IMG/VR virus record: IMGVR_UViG_3300009609_000013
DNA length: 45,557 nt
Source of the DNA: a virus
Reading direction: 5' to 3' (one strand)
Below are positions 14,886 to 23,949 of this stretch, piece by piece (position 1 is the first letter of the stretch; every line of letters starts with the position of its first letter). Under the pieces are notes generated by a model. The model did not search any database and was not told the origin of the DNA. It saw only the letters and a program-made list of their open reading frames with translations. Position numbers and translations under genes: made by a program.

Positions 14886-15535
14886 TGGCTGTAAAGAAAG
14901 TATGGTTAGGTTCTACTGGACCATTTCTCTTTGATGACGCAGTACTTTACATAGATGAGGAAGGAGTAATTGCTCCAGATAATCAGCAAGCTATTGCCAC
15001 TAATGGGCAGATAGTAGTTCAAAGTGCTCCTAGTTCTCCTGTTCACGTAGTTAGAAAACAAGACCTGGATGATGCAATAGGAGATATAAGTGGACTTACT
15101 ACACGAGTAACTACCTTAGAAGCTCAAATGGCTGCATTAACTCCGCGTGTCACTACGGTTGAGAATAAGTTTGTTTTTGGTACTTTTGATGTAGGAGTAT
15201 CTGGATTCTTCGATACAGTTTACACCCGCACTATAACTTATGTTAAAGTAGATAGATTAGTAATGCTGACACTGCCACTTATAAGTGGTAATAGTACTAT
15301 GGATTTTATTGCACTATCTTTTGTTCCAGCATTTTTGTCTCCTGCTATAGTTGGACTACAGTACCCAGTTATAGTGCATGATGCTACTAATGGATTCGAC
15401 TGGGCAGCAGCTGGTTTTGTAGCTTCTGGAGGTGGCGCGCACAGATTAGATATTAGATTATTCGTTGGAGCTGCTGGATTTCCTTTAGGAGTGACTAAAA
15501 CTCTGTACGAACAGATGATAGTATACGCAATTTAG
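14885..15535 (+). CDS. virion-associated protein of unknown role (between terL and portal)
   Basis: 216-aa ORF with a TAATG overlap with terL. It has a central coiled segment (TTRVTTLEAQMAALTPRVTTVENK) and a beta-rich C-terminus. Confidence 0.65.
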   Translation: MAVKKVWLGSTGPFLFDDAVLYIDEEGVIAPDNQQAIATNGQIVVQSAPSSPVHVVRKQDLDDAIGDISGLTTRVTTLEAQMAALTPRVTTVENKFVFGTFDVGVSGFFDTVYTRTITYVKVDRLVMLTLPLISGNSTMDFIALSFVPAFLSPAIVGLQYPVIVHDATNGFDWAAAGFVASGGGAHRLDIRLFVGAAGFPLGVTKTLYEQMIVYAI

Positions 15536-15548
15536 AAAGTAGCTAATC

Positions 15549-17540
15549 ATGCCGTACACAATAACTAATCCAAATGAGCTTACAGATAATGGTACGAATG
15601 ACTACGGCTACGTGTATCCGAATAATATGGACCTTAAGCCTGGCTCAGCATTGCATCAGCTCATATTGGGTAAACTTAACAATTACGCTAGGGACTCATC
15701 TTCTATTATCAAAAAGCGTCATTCAGCCTGGCAAGAAATTGACTCAAAACTGCAAGCGTATATTCCAATTAGCGGCAAGGAACGTGCAGTTCTTGACGAC
15801 GATCCACGCAAGCCGGTTTCAATAGTATTTCCTTACACCTATGCAATAATGGAGACACTAATTGCGTATTTAGTTGCTGCATTCACACCAGAACCAGTAT
15901 TCCGCTACGAAGGTGTAGGCCCAGAAGATGCAGCTGGTGCCACGCTCATGGAAAAAGTAATTAATTTACACTGCCAGAAAACAAAGGTAATACTTAACTT
16001 ACATACACTCTTCCGTGACGTAAGTGCATATGGCCTCGGCGTTACTGCACCTCAATGGCTAGTACGTCGTGGCAAGAAGGTGCGCATGCGTACTGAAGGT
16101 TCCTACAATATGCAAGGCCAGTGGATTGAAAGTGGCACATCAAAGGTAATAGAAAATACTATTTTATTTGAAGGAAATGCCTTAGAGAATATCGATCCTT
16201 ATTGCTACTTACCTGATCCTAACGTTGCACTTCATGATGTACAGCGTGGTCAATACGTAGGTTGGGTAGACAGAGATAACTTGATGAATTTGCTTAGTGA
16301 TGAGGAAGTAGATGGAGACTTATTTAATGTGCAGTATTTACGACGTGCTACTAATAAGTCAACTAGTCTCTTTGGCACTAACAATTACCCCAGACCTTCA
16401 CGCAGCGATGTTTTGTTGAGCAATTCAATATCTAATGTCTCATCCGATCCAGTTGACTTGCTTCACATGTACGTTAACTTAATACCGTCACAATGGAAGC
16501 TTGGGACAAATGAGTATCCACAGAAGTGGATGTTTACTGTAGGTGCAGACGCGGTTATTATACGTGCAAAGCAACTTAATCTGATACACGATATGTATCC
16601 CGTAACTGTTGCCGTGCCTGACTTTGACGGCTATTCACCCGTGAGTTATTCACGAATTGAGATACTTAGTGGAATGCAGAAGACGATTGACTGGATGTTC
16701 AACTCACACGTAGCAAATGTGAGAAAGGCAATTAACGACGTGCTTGTAGTGGATCCATACCTAATTAATGTTGCTGATATTTCTGAGGGCACTCCAGGTG
16801 GCATTGTACGCTTACGTCGCCCTGCATGGGGTAGAGGAGTTGAGAACTCATTCAAACAGCTTACTATCACTGATATCACCCGCAACAATGTAACGGATGT
16901 AACATTCCTAATCGAGTTCATGCGGCAAATTGCAGGCACAGATTCTCCTGTAATGGGTAACTTACGTCAGGGCGGCCCTGAACGCTTAACTGCACAAGAA
17001 TTCAAAAGTACTAACGTCGGTGCCGTCAATCGACTAGAGCGTATTGCCAAAATAGTAGGTATTCAATGTCTTCAGGACGTTGGCTCAATGTTTGCTTATC
17101 ACACGCAGCAATTCATGGACGAACCAACTTACGTAAAAACAACAGGACAATGGCCCACTGCAGTCAGTGAAGCTTATAATATTCAAGAAGGTAATAGGGT
17201 GCTTGTTAAGCCAAGTGATATACTTGTTGCTTATGATTTGCTGGTTCGTGATGGCAGCATTCCAGGTGGCAACTATAACGATACGTGGGTTCAACTCTTC
17301 CAAATGATTAGCCAGAATCCTGTGCTTATGCAAACATTCGATATTACAAAGATCTTCAAGTTAATAGCACAAAACTCTGGTGCCAAAAACGTCGATGCCT
17401 TTGAGCTAGATAAAGCTGCTGCCAAGATGCAGCCAGCAACAATGCCTGATGAGCAAATACAGCAGCAAGTAGAAGCTGGCAATCTAGGCCCATTCGATGT
17501 AGCAATGAACAGTGCGCCTACAAATGGAGCTGTAGCATGA
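15549..17540 (+). CDS. portal protein
   Basis: 663 aa. Size and position (terL - x - portal - scaffold - capsid) are typical of podovirus portals. Confidence 0.8.
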   Translation: MPYTITNPNELTDNGTNDYGYVYPNNMDLKPGSALHQLILGKLNNYARDSSSIIKKRHSAWQEIDSKLQAYIPISGKERAVLDDDPRKPVSIVFPYTYAIMETLIAYLVAAFTPEPVFRYEGVGPEDAAGATLMEKVINLHCQKTKVILNLHTLFRDVSAYGLGVTAPQWLVRRGKKVRMRTEGSYNMQGQWIESGTSKVIENTILFEGNALENIDPYCYLPDPNVALHDVQRGQYVGWVDRDNLMNLLSDEEVDGDLFNVQYLRRATNKSTSLFGTNNYPRPSRSDVLLSNSISNVSSDPVDLLHMYVNLIPSQWKLGTNEYPQKWMFTVGADAVIIRAKQLNLIHDMYPVTVAVPDFDGYSPVSYSRIEILSGMQKTIDWMFNSHVANVRKAINDVLVVDPYLINVADISEGTPGGIVRLRRPAWGRGVENSFKQLTITDITRNNVTDVTFLIEFMRQIAGTDSPVMGNLRQGGPERLTAQEFKSTNVGAVNRLERIAKIVGIQCLQDVGSMFAYHTQQFMDEPTYVKTTGQWPTAVSEAYNIQEGNRVLVKPSDILVAYDLLVRDGSIPGGNYNDTWVQLFQMISQNPVLMQTFDITKIFKLIAQNSGAKNVDAFELDKAAAKMQPATMPDEQIQQQVEAGNLGPFDVAMNSAPTNGAVA

Positions 17541-17794
17541 GTGAGTTACGCAGCAACATTACGGAGATGCGCCAGTTTATGTATTCTAATGTGTGGCGCG
17601 ACATAACCAATGAGATGCAAGCCTGGCTCGAGGATATACGCACTCAACTTGAGCAGGCACAAGACTTGGATGTTCTGCGTAGGCTACAAGGCAATGCCGA
17701 AGCTGTTAATCGCTTTCTAGAGCTTCCGAACTCATTAATTGAAGTGCATGAGATTGAAGCTAATGCAGCTGAGCTAAGGAATAGAAGCGAGTAA
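17537..17794 (+). CDS. hypothetical head-assembly-associated protein
   Basis: 85-aa helical ORF with an ATGA overlap with the portal gene. Confidence 0.6.
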   Translation: MSELRSNITEMRQFMYSNVWRDITNEMQAWLEDIRTQLEQAQDLDVLRRLQGNAEAVNRFLELPNSLIEVHEIEANAAELRNRSE

Positions 17795-17844
17795 TGCGGC
17801 ACGGCGTGCCTCAAACCTCCCGCGCGTAAGTAACACATAATTCA

Positions 17845-17867
17845 CTTTGGTTGAATTTTAACCAAAG
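17845..17867. promoter_or_regulatory. palindromic motif copy M5 (ctttGGTTGAATTTTAACCaaag)
   Basis: Intergenic, 90 nt 5' of element C. Confidence 0.75.
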
Positions 17868-17953
17868 CAATGGAGTTGTACTATGATCCCAAAACGCTAC
17901 GCCGCGCAGAATAGCGCGCCACTGATCCTGTTCCAGTACACACTCTTACTCCC

Positions 17954-18113
17954 AGGCCGGTCAAGTTTTTCCCCAAGGGGCGCTCTTAAGGGAATGCGAG
18001 TGGAGCGCTTGTCAAGGGTGGCGACGTAGGAGCCAAGCGAAGCGTCCCTTTACAAGTAAGCGACATGAGTGTTACCTTCTCAAGCCCCTGCAGGGAAATA
18101 ACTTGCTTAGGCT
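17954..18113 (+). repeat. structured intergenic element, copy C
   Basis: 5' arm aggccggtcaagtttttcccc pairs with 3' arm gggaaataacttgcttaggct. Hairpin cttgtcaaggg...ccctttacaag spans 18008-18056. The 57-nt block 18005-18061 is the reverse complement of 4825-4881. Confidence 0.75.
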
Positions 18114-18133
18114 AATTACTGAGGATAAATAAG

Positions 18134-18922
18134 GTGGCAGATATAGACTTTTCTATACTCGACATGCCAGACAGCGAATCAACAGAAAGTGCTCCTACTA
18201 CGACTGAGGATGCAGTTGCTGATGTAACTACGAACACACCTGATAACGGTAGTGTCGATAGAAACTCTACAACTCTCTCACAGCCATCAGCTCGTAGTAG
18301 GAGTGCTGAAAATGATACTTCTGATTACACCGAACGTGAAAGGCAATTATTATCGCGCATCGAAGAGCTCAGTGGTAAGCAAACTGGTGGTGTAACAGAC
18401 ACTCAAGATGAAATTACTTCATTTAGTCCGCAAGACCATAACTTTCTTGATGGGCTGGATTTAGATGAAGTATTATCAACCAGCGAAGGATTAAATGCTT
18501 TGCTTCTCGCCGTGTACAATAAAGCACTGCAAGAATCCTCTCGCCTGTCAGCTGAAAATGTTATGCGTGGTTTGCCTTCTACTATGTCCTCGTACTTCAA
18601 TCAACAACTTACCATGCGCGAGATTGTGACCAATTTCTACTCTGATAATCCTGATTTAGCAGGCATGAAAAAGACTGTTGCAATGGTAGCTAACGAAGTT
18701 GCCAACGAAAATCCCGAACTTACTGCTGAGCAAGTATTTGAGGAGACTGGCAAGCGGGCACGTAAACTATTGGGAATTTCGGACATTCCGCCTAAATCTA
18801 CAACTGTTAATGGACGCGATAGGCCAACACTACATTCAACTCGTAGTAATGGAGCACGGCAGCGTGTTACTGTTCCTGAGCTAGATGGACTAGCTAAGGA
18901 AATTCACGATCTGATTACCTAA
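18134..18922 (+). CDS. scaffolding protein (candidate)
   Basis: 262-aa acidic, Ser/Thr-rich then helical protein located between portal and capsid. GTG start with GAGGA upstream. Confidence 0.6.
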   Translation: MADIDFSILDMPDSESTESAPTTTEDAVADVTTNTPDNGSVDRNSTTLSQPSARSRSAENDTSDYTERERQLLSRIEELSGKQTGGVTDTQDEITSFSPQDHNFLDGLDLDEVLSTSEGLNALLLAVYNKALQESSRLSAENVMRGLPSTMSSYFNQQLTMREIVTNFYSDNPDLAGMKKTVAMVANEVANENPELTAEQVFEETGKRARKLLGISDIPPKSTTVNGRDRPTLHSTRSNGARQRVTVPELDGLAKEIHDLIT

Positions 18923-18933
18923 GGAATAAGCTG

Positions 18934-19128
18934 ATGTCAGAATTACTGTATTTATCGCGGTATGATCGTAACTGTTTAGATAAGCTGCTGGGGACAAGCA
19001 CTGAAGCTCGCTTGAAAGCAGCTAATCATGTATTCGTGCTTACTGATGGCACTGAATATGATCCAGGTCCGACACAAGATGCATCATTGCGCTTGTTAAT
19101 TGAGGAGGAACCACCAGAAGGTCCATAG
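18934..19128 (+). CDS. hypothetical protein
   Basis: 64-aa ORF between the scaffold and capsid genes. Confidence 0.55.
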   Translation: MSELLYLSRYDRNCLDKLLGTSTEARLKAANHVFVLTDGTEYDPGPTQDASLRLLIEEEPPEGP

Positions 19129-19174
19129 CTATTAGACTTTTGGGTAAATTTATAGTAACTAAAGGAGAGTAAAA

Positions 19175-20470
19175 ATGGTTGCTTTTATGGGAATGAGGGG
19201 CACCGGGGACTGGGCAACTGACGAACGTCCTAAGTCTTGGCGGGAAGGAATACTATACTTATATCCAAACGGATCGGCTCCGCTTACAGGATTGCTCTCT
19301 AAAATGAAGGAGGAAGTTGTAACTGATCCCGAATTCAGTTGGTGGACGAAGCTCTTACCTGCTCAAGGTGGCACAGTTACTGATTTGTACCTAGATTCAG
19401 GATTCGTAGGGCCATACGTATCAGGTGGAGTTACTGGTAATACACTCTACGCGCGTGTAGCAGAAGCAATCGCTAGCGAATTTCGTGTCGGACACCAAGC
19501 ACTACTGCGCGTTAGCACCAATCTGAACGTTGATGTGAACGCAAAGGTGATAGGAGTAACCAAAGCTGGTGCCAGTTCTTACATTACTGTGCGCTTACTT
19601 GAGAATGACGACAATGGAGGCGCTACGTCACTCGGAAGCTGCGATACCATACTCATTATTGGTAACATCAATCCTGAAGGTGCACCAATTCCGGATGCGA
19701 TTGCCTACAATCCAGATAAGTGGTCCAACTTTACGCAAATCTTTCGTACGCCGCTTGATATTACTCGCACTGCACGCAAAACAAAATTGCGTACTGAAGA
19801 TGCGTACAAAGAAGTGAAGCGTGAATCCCTTGAGCTTCATTCTATCGAAATGGAGAAAGCATTCTTCTGGGGTATTCGCACCGAGAATGTAGGTACCAAC
19901 GGCAAGCCTGAACGCACTACTATGGGCTTGATTCAGGCAATAAAAACTGGCGCTCCTAGTAATGTTTTCAACTATGCGGCTGATCCGAATTATGCTGGTG
20001 ATATCTGGACAGCTGGAGGCGAAGAGTGGCTAGATACCGTACTTGAAGTTATCTTCAGGTATGGAGGTACTGACAAGCTAGCGTTTGCCGGCAGTGGTGC
20101 AATCCTTGGTCTTAATCGCCTTGCCAAAATGAGTGGTCAAGTTAACATCACACCGATGACTACTTCATATGGCTTAAAGGTAATGCAGTGGGTAACTCCC
20201 TTCGGTGTAATTAACTTAATGACGCATCCGCTGTTTAGCTATGAGCTTACTACCCGTAATGCGTTGGTTATATTAGAGCCGCAAATGCTCAGCTATCGCT
20301 ACATTGATGATACTACCTTCATGAGTATGGATGCAGATAAGGTAAGTCCATCGCACGAACGCATTGACGGAACGAAAGAAGAGTGGCTTAGCGAGTGTGG
20401 ACTTGAGTATCATCATCCACTCAAGTTTGGTTATCTGATGAATGTAGGCAAAGATAATACTTTACCATAA
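19175..20470 (+). CDS. major capsid protein (HK97-fold type)
   Basis: 431 aa with AAGGAG upstream. The N-terminal GTGDWATDERPKSWREGIL...APLTGLLSKMK resembles podovirus major capsid proteins. Position follows the scaffold gene. Confidence 0.8.
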   Translation: MVAFMGMRGTGDWATDERPKSWREGILYLYPNGSAPLTGLLSKMKEEVVTDPEFSWWTKLLPAQGGTVTDLYLDSGFVGPYVSGGVTGNTLYARVAEAIASEFRVGHQALLRVSTNLNVDVNAKVIGVTKAGASSYITVRLLENDDNGGATSLGSCDTILIIGNINPEGAPIPDAIAYNPDKWSNFTQIFRTPLDITRTARKTKLRTEDAYKEVKRESLELHSIEMEKAFFWGIRTENVGTNGKPERTTMGLIQAIKTGAPSNVFNYAADPNYAGDIWTAGGEEWLDTVLEVIFRYGGTDKLAFAGSGAILGLNRLAKMSGQVNITPMTTSYGLKVMQWVTPFGVINLMTHPLFSYELTTRNALVILEPQMLSYRYIDDTTFMSMDADKVSPSHERIDGTKEEWLSECGLEYHHPLKFGYLMNVGKDNTLP

Positions 20471-20473
20471 CTG

Positions 20474-20496
20474 CTTTGGTTAAACTTTAACCGGAG
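20474..20496. promoter_or_regulatory. palindromic motif copy M6 (ctttGGTTAAACTTTAACCggag)
   Basis: Intergenic, 20 nt 5' of ATG 20513. Confidence 0.8.
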
Positions 20497-20512
20497 CAAT
20501 TGGAGTTACGTT

Positions 20513-21241
20513 ATGTCTTTGCTAGAAGTTCGCAAGAACTTTATACAGTTCAGTGGTCGCTATGATCTTATCGTAGATCGTATTGCGTATGCTGATAAGG
20601 GAGCGAACTTCTTTATTCGTGCAGGGCAAGATTACTTAGATCGCTTAGTAGAAATCAGCACGGCTGGCGCTCGTTACTTCATTGACGTGCAGCCTAACTC
20701 GTGGTATGTGCTGGTACCACGATCGCGTGTAATAGAAGCGGTAACACTAAGTAATACTGAGGGTAATAAATGGAACTTATCTAGAGTGGATTTAGCGTAC
20801 TGCAAATATTGCTATATAAAAGATCCGTTACAACGCAGTGGTGGGCCATCACGACAATATGCAATAGGTATATTGAGAACAGTACCTGAAGTTGCTGGAA
20901 CAATTACTATTAGCAAGTTCGGACCTACTACGTATACAACTACAGGAGAATCATTCCTATATACTGGCGTACTATTTACTTCACCTGCTGATCAGGTTTA
21001 CTCCGCGGAAGTAATAGGTAAATTCTATGAACCGTACTTGGCGTTAGACAGTGATGTCAATCGCTGGACTGAAGTATATCCGTTCGTGCTGGCGATGGCA
21101 GCATGCAGAGCACTAGAAATTTCCTACAGGAATACTGCTGGCGTAAAGGACTGGGAATATGCTATAGAAGCTGAGTTGCATGGAGTTGAACTTGACACTG
21201 CTGATCAGGAGTCAAACTTTATACGTGAGATGAGAGGTTAG
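20513..21241 (+). CDS. virion structural protein (head-tail adaptor/tail candidate)
   Basis: 242-aa ORF in the structural operon. No motif recognised. Confidence 0.65.
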   Translation: MSLLEVRKNFIQFSGRYDLIVDRIAYADKGANFFIRAGQDYLDRLVEISTAGARYFIDVQPNSWYVLVPRSRVIEAVTLSNTEGNKWNLSRVDLAYCKYCYIKDPLQRSGGPSRQYAIGILRTVPEVAGTITISKFGPTTYTTTGESFLYTGVLFTSPADQVYSAEVIGKFYEPYLALDSDVNRWTEVYPFVLAMAACRALEISYRNTAGVKDWEYAIEAELHGVELDTADQESNFIREMRG

Positions 21242-21244
21242 TTT

Positions 21245-21772
21245 ATGGCAGCAATACAATTCGTAACTGGCCGCTCAAATACCGAGAAGTTTGACGCAGT
21301 TGAAAAAGCGCTGCGTTCATTCTCGCGCCGTCTCTTCAAAACAACCGTTCTAATGACTCCTCCAGTTCCACTGTTCAGTGACGGCATTGATCCAGACGGT
21401 ACTTTATTTCGTAGATTAATTCCTTTTAAAGGTCGCATTGATAGAGTAGCAATATTTGTTGGTAAGTATATAACTCGTCCTGTAGTTATCGATCTACAGC
21501 TCATGGACGCAGTTGGTGGATCTACTATAACATTCCCGCTTGTAGGAATGATTACTGTTAAAGAAGTGAATATGCCAATAAGTCAGCCTTGCATACTACA
21601 AGCAAAAGCACTTCCTGCTGACTCTATTCAAGAAGTTATGTTTGCAGCACTCACTTTTCCAGAGAGTGATCGTATTGCTAAGGAACATTACGTAATTGAC
21701 GCACTGCTACAAAACTTCGAGTCAAATGAGCTTATAGAGACAACACCGTCCGAGGAAGCACTAAGTGAGTGA
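21245..21772 (+). CDS. virion structural protein
   Basis: 175-aa ORF in the structural operon. Confidence 0.65.
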   Translation: MAAIQFVTGRSNTEKFDAVEKALRSFSRRLFKTTVLMTPPVPLFSDGIDPDGTLFRRLIPFKGRIDRVAIFVGKYITRPVVIDLQLMDAVGGSTITFPLVGMITVKEVNMPISQPCILQAKALPADSIQEVMFAALTFPESDRIAKEHYVIDALLQNFESNELIETTPSEEALSE

Positions 21773-21944
21773 AACAAACACTTTCAATCCAATAACTGAT
21801 GGCTCCAAGCCTGAACCAAAGAAGAAATCACCACGCGTTTCTGGTAATACTGCCAAAGACTCCGGCGGTTCCAAGCGTAATGGCGGTGACTTTCTTGAGA
21901 AGAAAGCACGTAAGTTTGGTATTATACCTTCAAATGGAGGCTAA
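21765..21944 (+). CDS. small basic Lys/Gly-rich protein (59 aa, below the ORF-track cutoff)
   Basis: GTG 21765 with GAGGAAG upstream: (M)SETNTFNPITDGSKPEPKKKSPRVSGNTAKDSGGSKRNGGDFLEKKARKFGIIPSNGG. It ends 2 nt before ATG 21947, so it fits the gap better than the listed 21799-22008 ORF. Confidence 0.5.
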   Translation: MSETNTFNPITDGSKPEPKKKSPRVSGNTAKDSGGSKRNGGDFLEKKARKFGIIPSNGG

Positions 21945-21946
21945 AT

Positions 21947-22210
21947 ATGGAGCACGAAACTTCTACAAGTGTTTTGCTGAAAGATTTGCAAGCTGCGAAA
22001 GCTCCTAGTTTTATGATCCGCAAGGCTAAAGACGGGCAATATAACGATTATTTGTCAGATTCTGCTAGTCCTATATTGGATTTAGTAAGAGATGCCGCAA
22101 CTTATAATCTGCGAGATATAATAGAACACGCAAAAGCGGGCAAATACGACGGAACTAAAGAGGAAAGCGTTGAGTGGTTTGAACGAGAAGGTAAACATTT
22201 ACTTCGTTAA
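21947..22210 (+). CDS. hypothetical protein
   Basis: 87-aa ORF with GGAGG upstream. Confidence 0.6.
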   Translation: MEHETSTSVLLKDLQAAKAPSFMIRKAKDGQYNDYLSDSASPILDLVRDAATYNLRDIIEHAKAGKYDGTKEESVEWFEREGKHLLR

Positions 22211-22214
22211 TTCG

Positions 22215-22237
22215 CTGCGGTTAGAATTTAACCGAAG
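22215..22237. promoter_or_regulatory. palindromic motif copy M7 (ctgcGGTTAGAATTTAACCgaag)
   Basis: Intergenic, 16 nt 5' of GTG 22250. Confidence 0.75.
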
Positions 22238-22249
22238 GAATTTTCTTGT

Positions 22250-22795
22250 GTGGAGAATTGTAAGTTGCAAGAATACGGCGTCCTTTTCTTAAAAGGTTTA
22301 CTTAAAGGTTTGCGTCCATTCAAAGCCGGACCTTTAAGTGAGCCTATGCTTTACGAGTGTTGGAACTTAATGCCAACAGAAACAGGACTCGTTGGACACG
22401 ATACTCTTTTACCTATTGGCATTCCTGCAGTTGGATTTGAGTACTTAGGAATATACGATCAAAATCAGGTTTTGTGGTACTGGTCAATTCACTATAATGG
22501 AAATCTAGAGATTTGGAATAGAATTCCTACACACCTAATTTATGAGGTAAAGAATATTACTCCTATTATTACCCCGTGGTGGTGGCCACTAGAAGATCAA
22601 TTAGGTACGCTTTGGTACTTATATCCTAATATAGTAACTGGCCAGCCTATACTCTCAACAGCTCAACCAACTAACGGAGAATCAACGCTTACTTCGGACT
22701 TTAAGGTTCGTACTATTTTCTTTGAGTACTGGCAACTCCTTGTAGATAGCATATTACCAACGTACTATTCACAAGTATGGATACCAAGTGTATGA
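22250..22795 (+). CDS. tail-associated protein (Trp-rich)
   Basis: 181-aa ORF with a GTG start. Confidence 0.6.
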   Translation: MENCKLQEYGVLFLKGLLKGLRPFKAGPLSEPMLYECWNLMPTETGLVGHDTLLPIGIPAVGFEYLGIYDQNQVLWYWSIHYNGNLEIWNRIPTHLIYEVKNITPIITPWWWPLEDQLGTLWYLYPNIVTGQPILSTAQPTNGESTLTSDFKVRTIFFEYWQLLVDSILPTYYSQVWIPSV

Positions 22796-23931
22796 TACCG
22801 GCACTTACGTTAATCGAAGATCAAATATCCTTCTATAATGTGCGGCGTAGTGGAACGGGCTACAATTCCGCAACCTTATTAAGTGCTATTTCTGACTTGG
22901 GTAATACTGAGTGTGTAGCATACTTACCGAAAGGTATGGAAGATGAAGTAACAATATGGACTATTGATCAGAACGTAACATTTCCAGAGAATATAAGTGT
23001 GCTTATACCTTGTGGTGTTATGCTTAATGTACTTGCTGGTATTATTATTACTTTTGAAGGGCCGTGCTTTAATCAGTGCCCGAATTGGCATACTAGCACG
23101 GGGCAAATTAATCTTAATTCAAAGACTGCAATAAATAGCCAGAGTTACAAGGATTTCTTTAATGCTTTTATAGTTGCTGGTGGCACACACGGCTTATCTC
23201 CTACTTGTTATAGTCCCAACTTTTTTACTGAGGCATATGTAGCAAATGGCGAGTATATTCGTGAGGACTTTTTTTCTATACGTTATGGTGATTTAGGAGC
23301 AAATTGCTTAAATGATGTAGTGTGGGTGGTGATATCTAATCATGATGCTAGCACTATACCAGGAACTAATTTTATTCGTGTGCCTAATACTCATTATTAC
23401 ATAGATTTTACTTCTACTACTATACCCGCGCTTCCAAGTGATAGTGCTTTTCTTATGGAAGTTTATTTACAAGACGATCAGATAACAAGAGTAAATGATT
23501 TGCGTGCATTTGATGCAGCACAAGGATTATTAGAAAGAATTGATCCTGCTACGTGGATTCCGGAATTGTATCCTGGATCATTTACTTACTTAGGAAGATC
23601 TGGTACATACTTACGTTATGGAAAGCTCTTATATGTATCTGGCAGTGTAACTCTTTCTGGTGCGGCTGATTTAACTGGCGATCCACTAGTAATACGCAAC
23701 TTACCATTTTCTGATTATATAGCAAGTATTGGAGGTTTTACTTTTCATCTATCGCGTTCTATACGACCAGGAGCTGGATTAGGAGTATATACTGGAATAA
23801 TTTACCCAGGATCAAAGGAGATAAATATAGTAGAAAACATTGCCGGCGGACTCAGCGGATTTATTTTATCTAATAGAATGCTGCCAAATACAGATCTTTA
23901 TTTTACTGGTACATATATAGTAAACATTTAG
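22777..23931 (+). CDS. tail fibre/spike-like protein
   Basis: 384-aa beta-rich ORF. An alternative start at ATG 22792 forms an ATGA overlap with the upstream stop. Confidence 0.65.
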   Translation: MDTKCMIPALTLIEDQISFYNVRRSGTGYNSATLLSAISDLGNTECVAYLPKGMEDEVTIWTIDQNVTFPENISVLIPCGVMLNVLAGIIITFEGPCFNQCPNWHTSTGQINLNSKTAINSQSYKDFFNAFIVAGGTHGLSPTCYSPNFFTEAYVANGEYIREDFFSIRYGDLGANCLNDVVWVVISNHDASTIPGTNFIRVPNTHYYIDFTSTTIPALPSDSAFLMEVYLQDDQITRVNDLRAFDAAQGLLERIDPATWIPELYPGSFTYLGRSGTYLRYGKLLYVSGSVTLSGAADLTGDPLVIRNLPFSDYIASIGGFTFHLSRSIRPGAGLGVYTGIIYPGSKEINIVENIAGGLSGFILSNRMLPNTDLYFTGTYIVNI

Positions 23932-23949
23932 ACTTATGAGATTACGCTT

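Noticed and set aside
17883-18029. A 48-codon ORF after palindrome M5 (MIPKRYAAQ...) and a 51-codon ORF after M11 (42075-41920, MRAIIPKRNG...). Both have GGAG sites and a shared IPKR start.
   Set aside because: Beyond the first few codons the conserved nucleotides of elements C and E are read in different frames, and copy D has ATG-TAA at the same place. The conservation is at the nucleotide level. Translation of a short leader cannot be excluded.
17954-18113. Resemblance of the element 3' arm (AAAUAACUUGCUUAGGCU) to the pistol ribozyme core (AAAUAGUUGCUUAAGCC), and of GGCCGGUC..CCAAGG to twister.
   Set aside because: The required pseudoknot partners and flanking helices are not present in the right places. 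I treat the similarity as coincidental. A covariance-model search would settle it.
21799-22008. The listed 69-aa ORF.
   Set aside because: It overlaps the well-signalled 21947-22210 gene by 62 nt and has odd composition. The 59-codon frame 21765-21944 fits the gap exactly and has an SD.
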